This document shows, piece after piece, positions 1 to 11,206 of a DNA stretch of 64,000 nt (position 1 is the stretch's first letter; each line of letters opens with the position of its first letter). The notes below the pieces were generated by a model. It worked only from the letters and a program-made list of their open reading frames with translations, was not told the origin of the DNA and did no database searches. The position numbers and the translations under genes were made by a program. The DNA comes from an uncultured Gemmatimonadales bacterium (GTDB lineage Bacteria; Gemmatimonadota; Gemmatimonadetes; Gemmatimonadales; GWC2-71-9): NCBI GenBank assembly GCA_963695555.1, contig CAVOGR010000001.1, forward strand, positions 160,001-224,000, given 5' to 3'.

Positions 1-1143
1 GCAGCCTGTGAAAGCAATCGCCACCGTCCGGAGGCGATTGCCCTTATGTCGCGAGGTAGAAACGGCGATGCCGGCGCCCAGCAAGACGAGGAAGAGGAGG
101 CCGGTGGGCCTGGTAAAGTAGGCAAGCGCGGCAAACCCGACACACCACCCCGGTCTTCCTGCCCACAAGAAATAGGCAGTCGCCAGCATACTTGATATGG
201 CGAGTAGATCGATATTGGTGGGGGACGCGATATCCACGGCATAGGCGTAGTACGCGTCGTTGAACACCATCGCTGCAATGACAACCGACAGGCCGAGGGC
301 AACCGCGAAGTCCTCCGAGGCACGTAAGGAGCGGGAGGATTTCCACTCGATCAGCCCGTACAGCCCGGCGAGGATCAGGGGTCCGTAAAGGAGCAGTGGC
401 AGTCGCGCGGCAGCCTCGATAGGGCCGAAGAGCGAAATGAACCAATGGACAGGGTACGTCGCCGCGATCATACCCACGCCCACGCCCGGAGGCGCTCCGG
501 TCGGTAGTCTCGGAAGGAGAAAGAGGTCGAGCGAGCGACCCATGGTGAGGAGCTCGAGCCCATCCGGGTTCAAGTCTTGCCAAAAGATGAATGGGTAGAG
601 CAGGTAGAGCGTGAGGAGAGATGCGCCCCCTAGCCAAGCCAACCGGCGGTAGTCTTTCCCGATGGAAAATGGAAGCATGACCGTACCACCGACAACGCGG
701 ACGGCCAGGATCGCCCATGCCACGAGGTTCGTGCCGATAATCGCGTCTCGGAAGGGTGAATCACTGATCCCGCCGTACGCGAGCTTCACCATTGAAGACG
801 CGAGGATATGGAGAGCGACACTCACGAGGAATGACATGAGCACGGCTTCGACTGTGTTGCGAGGCTTCCCGAATGCCAGGACGAGTGAGAATCCCGGGGC
901 CATGAAGAGGACGATGGCTGCGAAGACTACTAGTGGAGCAATTCCATAAAGGAAAACGACATGCTCTGTCACGGGATACCAGTGGTCTGGCAGCGGTCCG
1001 GGAAACAGATTGTTCACACGCCCAATGGTGGCCGACAAGAACACGATGATGCCGGCGCAGATCAAGAGAATAGCGAGATAGGCGTACAAGAACCGGTGGG
1101 AGACGCTTCGCGCGTGTCGGGGACCGTCTGGCCCAATTTCCAT
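1..1143 (-). CDS. Polytopic membrane protein, possible GT-C/ArnT-like glycosyltransferase (3'-partial, runs off left edge)
   Basis: Not in ORF track because there is no stop in the window. Manual translation from ATG 1143 (GGAGG upstream) is open to position 1: MEIGPDG...FLYAYLAILLICAGIIVFL...FIFWQDLNPDG...AYFTRPTGLLFLVLLG; many TM segments. Confidence 0.7.
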   Translation of the reverse strand, partial: MEIGPDGPRHARSVSHRFLYAYLAILLICAGIIVFLSATIGRVNNLFPGPLPDHWYPVTEHVVFLYGIAPLVVFAAIVLFMAPGFSLVLAFGKPRNTVEAVLMSFLVSVALHILASSMVKLAYGGISDSPFRDAIIGTNLVAWAILAVRVVGGTVMLPFSIGKDYRRLAWLGGASLLTLYLLYPFIFWQDLNPDGLELLTMGRSLDLFLLPRLPTGAPPGVGVGMIAATYPVHWFISLFGPIEAAARLPLLLYGPLILAGLYGLIEWKSSRSLRASEDFAVALGLSVVIAAMVFNDAYYAYAVDIASPTNIDLLAISSMLATAYFLWAGRPGWCVGFAALAYFTRPTGLLFLVLLGAGIAVSTSRHKGNRLRTVAIAFTGC

Positions 1144-1440
1144 TAGCTTCCCTCCGGCCGATGGCTACCCTGAGGAGTGTCGATGAGCGTTGATCGACCC
1201 GGAAAATGCCTGCGGAAGGGGAAGGGGCGATGGCCCGGCCCCCTCCGGAGCCAGTGGCAGGAAGGGAACTTAGTGGCGTTTCCTGCTTGCGTCAGCATCG
1301 AGCAGGTCGGTTCCATTTAGAGTTTCGGGATTTCCGGGCCCTTATCACGCTTTGGCCTGAAGCATAGCCGGGCCGCGGCCGCGAGAATATGTTTCAGGCC
1401 TAGGGTGGTCTTGGCCCTCATTTGTCAGGAGGCGAGTCCG

Positions 1441-2883
1441 GTGCGTAAGCGATTCATGAGTACACTCGTGCTCGGCACGCTGGTAGTGACCGGCTGTGCC
1501 GTCAACCCGGTGACTGGCAAGTCCGAACTCTCGCTCGTGTCCGAGTCGCAAGAAGTCCAGATGGGACTCGAGGGCGCCCAACAGGTATCCCAGTCGATGG
1601 GCCTCCTGGCCGATAGCGGGTTTCAGACCTATGTGAATGGTCTCGGTCAGCAACTCGCCGCGCGTTCGGAGCGTCCCCAACTCCCATGGGGATTCCGGAT
1701 CGTCGACGACCCCGTAGTCAACGCGTTCGCGTTGCCCGGCGGGCAAATCTTCGTGACGCGCGGCATCCTCACGCACTTCAATTCGGAAGCAGAACTGGTG
1801 TCGGTGCTCGGCCACGAGATCGGTCACGTGACGGCCAAGCACTCGGTCCGGCAGATGAGCCGGACGCAACTGGCCCAGCTTGGCCTCGGAATCGGCATGA
1901 TCCTCAAGCCGAGCCTGGAGGATGTGGGACAAGTCGCGAGCGCCGGTCTCGGCGTGCTGTTTCTCAAATTCGGGCGTGACGACGAGAACCAGGCCGATGA
2001 GTTGGGATTCAAGTATGCGTTGAGCAACGGCTATGATGTCCGGGACATGCTCTCGGTCTTTCAGACGCTCGACCGCATGAGCGGCACATCCGGGCGCGGG
2101 ATGCCCGAATGGCTGTCGACCCACCCCAATCCCGGGAACCGTTATCAGAGCACACAGCAACGCATAGCCGCGCTCAACCGAAACCTCGACGGGCTCACGA
2201 GCAACCGGGACAGCTACTTGCGGCGGCTCGAGGGCATGACTTTCGGAGAGAATCCACGCCTGGGATACTTCACGGGCAGCGTGTTCTACCATCCAGACCT
2301 CGAGTTTCGGCTCGAGTTTCCCGATGGATGGAAGACGCAGAATGGCACCCAGGCCGTCGTGGCTGGCAGCCCGCAAAACGATGCCATCATCGCCCTGACG
2401 CTGGCAGGGACGGGTACGCCGGGCGAAGCGGCCCGCGAATTCTTCGCGCAAGACGGCGTCCAGGCGCAGAGCACCAGCACGAGTTCCATCAATGGACTCC
2501 CGGCGGTCACCAGCATCTTCACCGCGCAGACACAGGATGGCACGTTTCAGGGACGGGTCGCCTTCATCGCCCACGGCGGCACCACCTACCGCATCCTGGC
2601 CTACAGCCCCGCGTCGGTCTACGGGAGCTACGGCAGCATCTTCCGTCGATCGGTCGACAGCTTCCAGCGCCTCACCGACCGGGCGGCTCTTGCGGTCCAG
2701 CCCGCGCGCGTCACGATTGTACGGGTGCCGAGCCGTATGAGCCTGGAAGACTTCAATCGACGATACCCATCGACCATCCCGATGGCCCAACTCGCCCTGA
2801 TCAACGGAGTGGATGAGACGACGATGCTCGCGGCGGGCCAATTGGTGAAACGGGTGGTCGGGGGAGAACTGCCCGGGTCCTAG
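1441..2883 (+). CDS. M48 family zinc metalloprotease lipoprotein (BepA/YfgC-like) with C-terminal extension
   Basis: Lipobox-like LVVTGC, VNAFALPGG, HEIGH zinc motif, ENQADE, WLSTHP; AGGAGG upstream of GTG 1441. Confidence 0.9.
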   Translation: MRKRFMSTLVLGTLVVTGCAVNPVTGKSELSLVSESQEVQMGLEGAQQVSQSMGLLADSGFQTYVNGLGQQLAARSERPQLPWGFRIVDDPVVNAFALPGGQIFVTRGILTHFNSEAELVSVLGHEIGHVTAKHSVRQMSRTQLAQLGLGIGMILKPSLEDVGQVASAGLGVLFLKFGRDDENQADELGFKYALSNGYDVRDMLSVFQTLDRMSGTSGRGMPEWLSTHPNPGNRYQSTQQRIAALNRNLDGLTSNRDSYLRRLEGMTFGENPRLGYFTGSVFYHPDLEFRLEFPDGWKTQNGTQAVVAGSPQNDAIIALTLAGTGTPGEAAREFFAQDGVQAQSTSTSSINGLPAVTSIFTAQTQDGTFQGRVAFIAHGGTTYRILAYSPASVYGSYGSIFRRSVDSFQRLTDRAALAVQPARVTIVRVPSRMSLEDFNRRYPSTIPMAQLALINGVDETTMLAAGQLVKRVVGGELPGS

Positions 2884-3593
2884 CGGCTCGAGGCGCCCCG
2901 GGCTCGGTCGACCATGTCGCGGGCGGCCGCAAACACGTTGTGCCACATCGCCCTGGTGAGGCGCCCTGTATTGGTGTTCTGCCGGCTGGGGTGATACGAG
3001 GCGATCAGGAGGGTCTCGTCCGGCAGGACGGTGTGAACGTTGTGGCCAAACGGCGGCCGATTGCCCGGCCCAAGTGCGGCCCACCACCCCGCGGCCCGCA
3101 GCCACGCCTCCCACCCGATTCGTCCCAGGACTACCACCACCGCGACATTCCCGAGCAACCGCACGTCGTCCTCGAGGTACGAGCGACATTGGGCGAGTTC
3201 CTCGCGGGTGGGTTTGTTTCCCGGCGGCGCGCACCGCGCCGCCGCCGAGATGTAACAGTCCTCCAGGGCCAGCCCATCCGCACGATCGGCGGCGAGCGGC
3301 TGATTGGCAAACCCGAACCGGTACAGCGCTTCGTACAGCCAGTTGCCGCTCGAATCCCCGGTGAACATGCGGCCGGTGCGGTTGGCCCCGTGGGCGGCAG
3401 GCGCCAGGCCGACGATCAAGAGCCGCGCATCGGGGTCGCCAAATCCTGGAACCGGTTTCCCCCAATAGTCCAGATGGCGGAATGCCCGCTTCTTGACCTC
3501 GGCTACCTGGCGGCAGTGCGCCCGCAAGCGGGGGCACCGCGTACAGGCTGGAATGGCACGATTGAGACTTGCGAGCGAGCGAAACGCGGTCAC
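2880..3593 (-). CDS. udgB: Uracil-DNA glycosylase family 5 (UdgB-type, Fe-S)
   Basis: CTRCPRL, GLAPAAHGANRTGRMFTGD, RCAPPGNKP and HPSRQN motifs. Confidence 0.9.
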   Translation of the reverse strand: MTAFRSLASLNRAIPACTRCPRLRAHCRQVAEVKKRAFRHLDYWGKPVPGFGDPDARLLIVGLAPAAHGANRTGRMFTGDSSGNWLYEALYRFGFANQPLAADRADGLALEDCYISAAARCAPPGNKPTREELAQCRSYLEDDVRLLGNVAVVVVLGRIGWEAWLRAAGWWAALGPGNRPPFGHNVHTVLPDETLLIASYHPSRQNTNTGRLTRAMWHNVFAAARDMVDRARGASSR

Positions 3594-3616
3594 CGGAACG
3601 TGGGGTTGGATGGAGA

Positions 3617-4906
3617 TCAGCCGACGCGTCGGGTCTTCCGCTTCATGAAGTCCATGAGGATGAACTGGCCCAAGGTCATGGTATTGGTGAAGTAGGCTTT
3701 GCCCCGACAGATCTGAGCTACTTTTTTCACGAAATCGACCAGGCTCTTGTTACGCGCCAGCATGAAGGTGTTGATCATGATACCGGCTCGTCGGCAGTTC
3801 GCCACTTCGCGAAAGGTGGCCTTGAGAATGACCGGGTCCAGCCCCATGGAATTCACGTAGACCCGTCCGTCAGGCATGGTGAGGGCCGATGGCTTGCCGT
3901 CGGTGATCATGATGATCTGCCTCATGTCTTTCTTTTGCGCGGCCAGGATGCGGCGGGCCAGGGTGAGCCCCTCCGCCGTGTTGGTATGGTACGGTCCGAC
4001 CTGGGCGCTCGCGAGGGCGCTGAGGGGGATCTCCTCGGCGGTATCGTGAAAGAGCACGACGCGCAGTGTATCGCCTGGGAATTGGGTGCGGATCAGGTGG
4101 GTCAGGGCAAGGGCGACCTTCTTTGCTGGGGTGAACCGATCCTCACCGTACAAGATCATGGAGTGCGAGCAATCCAGCATCAGCACCGTCGCGGCCGAGG
4201 AGCGATACTCGGATTGATGCACCATGAGATCGTCGTACTCGAGATTGAGCGGCACCCCGAGCCCTTCACGCGCGATGGCGCTCGTGAGCGTGCCCGGTAC
4301 ATCGAGGTTCATCACGTCCCCGAACTCGTACGGCTTGCTCACCCCTTCCGCCTCGACTCCGGTCGCGAGGAACGGCGTATCGTGGGCCCCGAAGCTCGCC
4401 TTGCCGATGCTCCCCAGGAGACCCTTGAGCGTTTTGTAGCCCAGGAAATCGATGCTCTTGTCGGTCAGGGAGAACTGAACCTGTTGTGCCGCGGCGGCGG
4501 CGCGCCCGTGGGGGCCGAACACCGCGCGGTGTCCCTCGGGCATCTTCGGCGGCTCGGTGAGATTGAGGTATCCCTCGTCGATCAGGCGCTGAACGATCGC
4601 GTCGAGAAGCTCTGCCAAGGCCTGTTCGATGGCCTGATCGCGCTCAGGGTCCCCGGTCGATTCGCCGCGGAGGTATTGCAGCATCTCTGGGGAGAGTTGC
4701 TTGGAATCCATGAGCGCCTGGAGGATGGCACGTTTGAGCGCATCCAAGGTTTGTTGATCGTCGAAGCCGGCCTCATCCGGCCACCCGGTGCTGCCACCCG
4801 TGAACCCGGATTGAAGCAGAAAATCACCCAGTTGGTCCAACAACCCCTGGAGATTTACGGCGTCGGCGAGGTCCGGGATGTACTTCGAGTACTTGGTGAA
4901 GCGCAT
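3617..4906 (-). CDS. VWA domain-containing protein
   Basis: MIDAS DCSHS, HTNT and ITDGKP; adjacent to an AAA+ ATPase. Confidence 0.9.
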   Translation of the reverse strand: MRFTKYSKYIPDLADAVNLQGLLDQLGDFLLQSGFTGGSTGWPDEAGFDDQQTLDALKRAILQALMDSKQLSPEMLQYLRGESTGDPERDQAIEQALAELLDAIVQRLIDEGYLNLTEPPKMPEGHRAVFGPHGRAAAAAQQVQFSLTDKSIDFLGYKTLKGLLGSIGKASFGAHDTPFLATGVEAEGVSKPYEFGDVMNLDVPGTLTSAIAREGLGVPLNLEYDDLMVHQSEYRSSAATVLMLDCSHSMILYGEDRFTPAKKVALALTHLIRTQFPGDTLRVVLFHDTAEEIPLSALASAQVGPYHTNTAEGLTLARRILAAQKKDMRQIIMITDGKPSALTMPDGRVYVNSMGLDPVILKATFREVANCRRAGIMINTFMLARNKSLVDFVKKVAQICRGKAYFTNTMTLGQFILMDFMKRKTRRVG

Positions 4907-4962
4907 TGTCTATGGCATCCCGCGCCATCCGGCGCTCGGTCCTTCGGCTGGAACGCTCCTCA

Positions 4963-6423
4963 TCATGCGAAATCCAATCCGTGGCTGAACGGCGGGCTTG
5001 GCCGCTCCGGCTTGGCGCGGCCGTATCCCAGTTCATCGCTCCGGCTGATCCGCTTCTCGGCGGCCAATCCTTCGAGGACCAATTCACATCCCGCAACGGC
5101 GGTGGGTGGGTCTGAGGGCGGGGCGAGCTGCAACCGGTGGACCAGGTCGAGCAACCCCGGCACGACCTTGAATCCTTCGAGACACGTGGCGGAACGCTCG
5201 TCCCCGGAGATCTTGAGCGCGCCGCCGTCGTCGAACCACGCTACGATCGGCCCCACGTCCGCGTCGCCAAGGCGCCCGGAGAAAACCCGTCCCGCCGCCC
5301 GGCGAATCAGGTCCCGGGCGATGCTCTCACTGCCCTGGAGTTCGCCCTCGTACTCGAGCTCGAGTTTGCCGGTAATCGATGGCAACGCCGCATAGATGTC
5401 GTTGATGCGTGGGATGACTTCCGGCTCGTTGACCAGCACAGCCCGTCGTTCAGCGTTGCTGACCGCGCTCTCCAACACGGAGATCGGGAGGCGTTGGCTC
5501 ACCCCGGAGTGCTTGTCGACTCGCTTGTCACTCCGCGCCTCGAACGCGATCGCTTCAACCACTTCGTGGATGAAGCCGGGAATGCGAATCGTCTTGGCCG
5601 CCCGATCCACCCAGGCTTCTTGTTGGGTGATCGCCATGCCGAGCTCGATCGTCGCTGGATAGTGGGTGACGATCTCGGCGCCGATCCGATCCTTGAGGGG
5701 CGTCACGATCTTGCCGCGCGCCGTGTAGTCTTCCGGATTCGCCGTAAATGCCAGTTTCAGGTCGAGCGGCAGGCGCACGGGGTAGCCTTTGATCTGGACA
5801 TCACCCTCCTGCATGATGTTGAAGAGGCCAACCTGTATCTTTCCAGACAGGTCCGGGAGTTCGTTGATGGTGAAGATGCCGCGATTAGCTCGCGGGAGGA
5901 GTCCGTAGTGCATCGTAAGCTCATCGGAGAGCAGGTGCCCGCCACGGGCAGCTTTGATGGGGTCGACATCTCCGATGATGTCGGCAATGGTCACGTCCGG
6001 TGTCGCGAGCTTCTCGACGTAGCGATGCTCCCGCGTCAACCAGGCTATGGGTGTCGCCTCACCGCATTCCTGTACGAGTTCGTGCCCATACTTGGAAATT
6101 GGGGTGAACGGATCGTCATTGACCTCACTCCCGGCAAGAATCGGAATCTCGTCGTCCAGGAAATTCACCAACTGACGCAGCAGCCGGCTCTTGGCCTGGC
6201 CACGCAGTCCCAGGAGAATGAAGGCATGCTGGGCCAGGAGCGCGTTGATGATCTGCGGAACGATGGTGTCGTCATAGCCAACAATGCCGGGAAAGAGCGG
6301 CTCATTCCGCTCGAGCTTCCGCAACGCGTTGTCGCGCATCTCCTGGCTGACGGTCCGGCCGCGGAGCGGCGGCTCTGACCATGGGCTCTGACGTAATTCG
6401 CCCAGGGTCTTGGGTTTCGACAT
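4963..6423 (-). CDS. Mg-chelatase/MoxR-like AAA+ ATPase
   Basis: Walker A-like GLRGQAKS, Walker B-like IFTINE, FTANPEDY, LKDRIG. Confidence 0.88.
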   Translation of the reverse strand: MSKPKTLGELRQSPWSEPPLRGRTVSQEMRDNALRKLERNEPLFPGIVGYDDTIVPQIINALLAQHAFILLGLRGQAKSRLLRQLVNFLDDEIPILAGSEVNDDPFTPISKYGHELVQECGEATPIAWLTREHRYVEKLATPDVTIADIIGDVDPIKAARGGHLLSDELTMHYGLLPRANRGIFTINELPDLSGKIQVGLFNIMQEGDVQIKGYPVRLPLDLKLAFTANPEDYTARGKIVTPLKDRIGAEIVTHYPATIELGMAITQQEAWVDRAAKTIRIPGFIHEVVEAIAFEARSDKRVDKHSGVSQRLPISVLESAVSNAERRAVLVNEPEVIPRINDIYAALPSITGKLELEYEGELQGSESIARDLIRRAAGRVFSGRLGDADVGPIVAWFDDGGALKISGDERSATCLEGFKVVPGLLDLVHRLQLAPPSDPPTAVAGCELVLEGLAAEKRISRSDELGYGRAKPERPSPPFSHGLDFA

Positions 6424-6542
6424 GAGTATTCAGCTTTCGTCGAGCGAAGGTGATGGATCTATGCCCGGAGGGCGTCCCTCCGAAGCTAAGCAACGTCGGC
6501 GCGGCCGCGTCAAGCCTCGTCGGTTCTCATAGGAGACCCGCC

Positions 6543-6749
6543 ATGAGCCTGCGACCCACACTCCTGATGGGCGGTCTTATGCTGGTGGTGTCCTGTGGGG
6601 GCGAGAAGGTCGAGACCCGACCGGCGGACGGGACCGCAGTGGATCGTCCAAGCGCGGCACCGAACGCGGCCGCCGACACCCTCCCGGCGGACAGCATCAT
6701 GCCACGTGACACGGCGACGATCGACCCTCCCGAGCGACTCCCGGACTAG
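6543..6749 (+). CDS. Small hypothetical lipoprotein
   Basis: AGGAG RBS before ATG 6543; signal peptide ending LVVSC; low-complexity tail. Confidence 0.6.
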   Translation: MSLRPTLLMGGLMLVVSCGGEKVETRPADGTAVDRPSAAPNAAADTLPADSIMPRDTATIDPPERLPD

Positions 6750-7738
6750 GTCGTCGAGTCGCTCCCCGCAAGCGGTCGGACGGCCTCGGCGACCAGAGTG
6801 CCGTGGTGGATGTCAGGTCGCCAACCGAGCCTGTCCCGCGCCGCCGCTGACCGATAGGGATTTCCACCGCGCCAAAAGCGGACGGCGCCGGCAAGCGTAC
6901 TCGGGGCGCGATCGCTCCCGGCTACCCGCCGGATCGCATCGCCCGCTCGAGCCGCCATGAGCGCCGCCCATTCCGGGACGGAAACCGTTCGGATCGGCCG
7001 GCCCAAGCCGTGAGCCACTGCATCGATGAATTCGGCTTGACCGATCTCCGCATCGTTGGCGACGTTGAACGCGCGGCCCCAGGCAGCCTCGGACGCTAGC
7101 GCACACCGGACGGCCTCGGCGACACTCGCTGCGTGAACCAACGCCAGTGGCCTCTGCCCCGGCCCCACGCGGGGAAGCCAGCCGCGGCGAGCAGCAGCCA
7201 CGACGCGCGGCAGAAATAAGCGATCGCCAGGGCCATAGACGAGGCAGGGGCGCAATACGCAGGCTGCCCCTCCCAATATCTCCCGCCACAACACTTCTTC
7301 GGCCAGTCGCTTGGACCGGGCGTAATACTCGCGGTCTGAAAGCGGGCCCCATGCAAAGTCTTCGTCGACACTACCATCATCGCTATTGCCCGATCGGCCG
7401 TACACGGCAACGGAAGAGATGTGCACGATCGGAATGGCCAATTCGGCCGCCCGACGAGCGGCGAGCGCGGTGCCACGGACGTTGATGGCCTCGAATGTTT
7501 CCCATGGGGCATGATCGGCGATGATCGCGGCGGCATGGACGATGGCGTTGCAATCCTGAACCTCGGTCCAGAGTCCGTGGTCCTCGACCCGGCCTCGCAC
7601 CGGCTTGGCTCCAAGAGACCGGAGAAGGTCAGCGGCGCGATCACTTCGTGCCAGCGCCATGCAGGCAACGCCGGTCGAGGACAAGGTTTGGAGGATGTGC
7701 CGGCCAATCAATCCGGTACCACCGGTGACGAAGATCAT
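6746..7738 (-). CDS. NAD-dependent epimerase/dehydratase (extended SDR)
   Basis: VTGGTGLIG, ISSVAVYG, YARSK. Confidence 0.9.
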   Translation of the reverse strand: MIFVTGGTGLIGRHILQTLSSTGVACMALARSDRAADLLRSLGAKPVRGRVEDHGLWTEVQDCNAIVHAAAIIADHAPWETFEAINVRGTALAARRAAELAIPIVHISSVAVYGRSGNSDDGSVDEDFAWGPLSDREYYARSKRLAEEVLWREILGGAACVLRPCLVYGPGDRLFLPRVVAAARRGWLPRVGPGQRPLALVHAASVAEAVRCALASEAAWGRAFNVANDAEIGQAEFIDAVAHGLGRPIRTVSVPEWAALMAARAGDAIRRVAGSDRAPSTLAGAVRFWRGGNPYRSAAARDRLGWRPDIHHGTLVAEAVRPLAGSDSTT

Positions 7739-8718
7739 CCCTCGATATCGGTGACCGAAAAGGGAAGCGGTACCACCGCCGCTTCACGATCTTCGATGGT
7801 GACGGTGCTTCCGGCGACCACCGTGCTGTGGAGCATGGCGAGGGCGAGTGTCCGGTCGGGGAGGCGAAGGGTGGAATGGACGAGGCCAACATCTTTGCCG
7901 TCATGCGTGATCGTCTGCGTCGAGAGCGGATCGCTGCCGTGCCATTGGAGGCCGCGGATTTCCTTATTGATGTGCCCGCGGAAATGGACCCGAGCGACGG
8001 TTTCCTGGCCGGTGTAACACCCCTTGGTGTGGGAAACACCCTTGAGGTCATCGAAGCGTACCTCCTGGGGTAGGGTGCGCTCTCCGATCTCATTTCCCAG
8101 CGCAGGCCACCCGGCGAGAATCCGAGCGGCGTGGGAGTCATCCAACGTTCCCAGTTGCGCACCGACGGTCACGGTATGTTTCCGCGCTGCTTCGACGGTA
8201 GCGATCTCACCAACGAGCAGCGCTTCGAACGGAGCCTGCACGGTTCCCCTGGCCATGAGCAGCGATCCGGCTGCACTCTCCCAGGTCGCCGCGGCCCCGG
8301 GGTACGCAGGGATCGTTCCCAGCGCTGCCCGCTCCAGCACCTGCTCGACCGCCGTGCCGAACAACCAGGCGACACTCCACCGGGTCCTGAGGTCCGTCAC
8401 TTGAGCGAGCCTTGGAGGAAACGTCCGTTGGAAGAGCGCGAGCATGCCATCGGCGCTGCGCGTGGGCAAGATCAGGATCGCCTCACTATTGGAGCGCATC
8501 ACCCAGCAATCGGTGATGATCATGCCTTTCGGCGTGAGAAAAGCCCCGTAGATGAGGTGATCGCCGCCGTTGCCGACCACGTCGTTGGTGAACACGCCCT
8601 GCAAGCATTCGAGGGCTCCTGGTCCGCTCACTCGCAGCGCCGCCGACTCGTTCAGAATGATCGTCCCTCCACGTCGGAGAGCGTCCAATCGGTTCCGATC
8701 GAGGATCACGTCAATCAT
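7735..8718 (-). CDS. ygfZ: YgfZ/GcvT-family folate-binding protein
   Basis: KGCYTGQE signature; FLTPKG. Confidence 0.88.
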   Translation of the reverse strand: MIDVILDRNRLDALRRGGTIILNESAALRVSGPGALECLQGVFTNDVVGNGGDHLIYGAFLTPKGMIITDCWVMRSNSEAILILPTRSADGMLALFQRTFPPRLAQVTDLRTRWSVAWLFGTAVEQVLERAALGTIPAYPGAAATWESAAGSLLMARGTVQAPFEALLVGEIATVEAARKHTVTVGAQLGTLDDSHAARILAGWPALGNEIGERTLPQEVRFDDLKGVSHTKGCYTGQETVARVHFRGHINKEIRGLQWHGSDPLSTQTITHDGKDVGLVHSTLRLPDRTLALAMLHSTVVAGSTVTIEDREAAVVPLPFSVTDIEG

Positions 8719-9996
8719 GCGTCCCGGCCTGCCTTCCCGAGTCCCGGTCGGTAGTACCCGGCAAGTGCATACGATCGATCCAGGAGTTCAACGGGATGGA
8801 CGACATCGATGTCGAGGCCAGCGGCCAGAAGGCCGGCGCCGATCTGCATGAGACACCCGGGATTCCCAGTTGCGAGAAACTTCGGGCGTGGTACAAGCGA
8901 AGCGATGTCGTTGATCTTCGGTTCGAGCACGGCCCGCGCCAGCGAAGGCCGCAAGACCGAATACAGACCCGCACTCCCGCAGCATTGATCCGATCCCGGG
9001 AGGACCCGGAGCCTGAGTTCCGGCACGGCGCGGAGGATGTCGAGCGGTTGGGATACGATGCCTTGGGCGTGCTGGAGATGGCAGGCAGCGTCGTACGCGA
9101 CGTCGCACGGTAGCGGCGCTCCGGTGCGAGGCCCTGCGTCCGACAGGAGCTCCGAAATGTCCCGTACGCGACCGGCGAGACCATGCGCCGCCGTGGTGCC
9201 AACTAGCTCGCCATAGTCCTTGAGCATCGCCCCGCAGCCCGCACTGTTGACCACGATCAAGTCGGCATGGCGTCCGAATGCGGCAACATTGGTTGCGGCA
9301 AGCGCCCGCGCGCCCGCGGTTGCTCCGGTATGTTCGTGCAGGGCTCCGCAACAGACTTGTTCTCGAACCTCGACGACATCGAAGCCGTTGGCACCGAGGG
9401 TGCGGACGGTGGCCTCATGGACGTGCCCGAACAAGGTGTCCATCACGCAACCACGAAATAGCGCCACGGTTGGCCGGCTGCCGGATAGGTCCGCCGATTT
9501 GTCGCGTCCGCTCACCTGCGTCGGCTGGGCGGGGCGGAAGTTTGTTTGCTCCGAGGCGCCGAGCATGCCCATCGCGAACCCCAGCCGGCTCCCGGGCAGC
9601 GAGGCGAGCCGGAAGTCCAGAGGCACGAACCCAGCGAGCCAGCGTGAAGCCGGGCCGCCAGAGCTTCGGGGAGCCGAACACCGCCAGGAGGGCCCGCAGC
9701 GAGACGGAGAGGCCATGGGAACCGGCCAACGTGCGCCGTGCGGTTTCCAGGGCGCGTCCATACTGGACCCCGGAGGGACAGGCCGGCTCACAGCCGCGGC
9801 ATCCCAGGCAGTTCTCCAGGTGGATGGTGAGGGCCGAATCGATGATAGCCGTGTCGCCGCGTTCGAGGGCCTGCATCAGCACGATTCTTCCGCGCGGGCT
9901 GTCGTTCTCATCGCCGGTTGCCAGATAGGTAGGGCACGCGGGCAGGCAAAAGCCGCAATGCACGCATGGGTCGAGCGGGCCGATCGTGCTAGCCAC
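8715..9996 (-). CDS. glcF: Glycolate oxidase iron-sulfur subunit (one frameshift near 9595)
   Basis: N-half ([24 protein letters not shown]) and C-half (CCG domains CCGAL, CCGSAG, NPGC) lie in different frames; follows glcE. Confidence 0.85.
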
Positions 9997-11206
9997 CCCG
10001 AACCTCTTCCAGCGCGACGCGCAAGCATGCGCGAGGGTCGAACGTTTTCCGCAACCGCCAAACGAGGTCGCCGACCCCCTCCCGGTAGGCTCCGAAATGC
10101 CCGACACGCTGACGGACTCTCCAGGGCGCCCGCTCGAGCGTCACCGGGATTTCGCGTTCCGCAGCCCGGTGGCGCAGGGTGAGGAGTTGATCCGGCTCGG
10201 CTGATCCGCTCCATCGGACTCCGCCCGTGGCGGCTCCAGCCGAAACGAGTTGTTCGTCGAGCAATCCTGCGAGGAGGTCGATGGTTTCGTCTACGCTGTC
10301 GGCAAGGGCGCCCAGCCGAAGCGTCACCGCTCCACCTAGCCACGCACGATTGACCGAGCCCCAAAAGGCTGCGCTCTCATCTGGCGGCAGTTCCTGCCAC
10401 GCCAAATCGCCGACACGCTGTATCTTGGCTACCGTGGCCGCCACGGCCGATTCCGTACCGAGGAGCCTGGCCGCGAGCGTCCAGTCGGCGCGGGCGGCTA
10501 CAGCCGGGGACAGCAACTCCAGGGCGCTACAGTCGAGCCCGGCCTCGCCAAGCGCCCTGGCGCTGAACGTGAGCACGTCGCGGTCTGCCCGCGCTGTCAG
10601 CGTTACATCCGCGCTGGGCAGTGCTCGAAGCCGGAGGTGGAGGTCGGTAATGATCCCGAAGCCGCCGAATGCGCCCACATGCAATTTGGTGAGATCGTAT
10701 CCGGCCACGTTCTTCATGACCCGTCCTCCGGACGTGAGCCGGCGGCCGTCCCCGGCGACCACGGCGCATCCGAGCACGTGATCTCGGATTGGGCCGAGCC
10801 CCGCCCGCAATGCACCGGCCGTCCCCGTCGCGACGATCGATCCGATGGTCCGGTCCGGCCGGCCAGGCGGATCGAGCGGCAACCACATCCCGAGGGCGGC
10901 TGCCTGCCGCCGCAGGCTTTCGAGGGAGGTTCCGGCCTGGACCGTCGCCATGAGGTCTGCGGGGCTGATGTCCACCGCCCGGTCGAGGGCGCGCGTACTC
11001 ACGGCGAAGTCGGCATCCGCATCCGGCGGGAGCCAGGTTCCACTCCCTTCGACTCGGATGGTCCAGCCTTCTTCTGCGGCCACGCGGCACGCCACGGCGA
11101 TTCCCTCCGCCGAGTCGGGGGTGACGTAGGGGATGCCGGTTGCCTTCTGCTCCACGGCATCCCGACCGAGGAGTGAACGAAGCCGTTCAGCCGGGTCGTG
11201 GTTCAT
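9989..11206 (-). CDS. glcE: Glycolate oxidase FAD-binding subunit
   Basis: [13 protein letters not shown] motif; ATGA overlap with glcD. Confidence 0.85.
   Translation of the reverse strand: MNHDPAERLRSLLGRDAVEQKATGIPYVTPDSAEGIAVACRVAAEEGWTIRVEGSGTWLPPDADADFAVSTRALDRAVDISPADLMATVQAGTSLESLRRQAAALGMWLPLDPPGRPDRTIGSIVATGTAGALRAGLGPIRDHVLGCAVVAGDGRRLTSGGRVMKNVAGYDLTKLHVGAFGGFGIITDLHLRLRALPSADVTLTARADRDVLTFSARALGEAGLDCSALELLSPAVAARADWTLAARLLGTESAVAATVAKIQRVGDLAWQELPPDESAAFWGSVNRAWLGGAVTLRLGALADSVDETIDLLAGLLDEQLVSAGAATGGVRWSGSAEPDQLLTLRHRAAEREIPVTLERAPWRVRQRVGHFGAYREGVGDLVWRLRKTFDPRACLRVALEEVRGG

Noticed and set aside
44..949. ORF-track calls 44..718 (-) and 662..949 (+)
   Set aside because: Alternative frames of the real membrane-protein gene 1..1143 (-)
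1345..3537. 730-aa minus-strand ORF
   Set aside because: Shadow frame over the M48 protease and UDG genes; no motifs; typical of high-GC DNA
3569..6378. Long plus-strand ORFs (608 aa and 413 aa)
   Set aside because: Antisense shadows of the VWA and AAA+ genes
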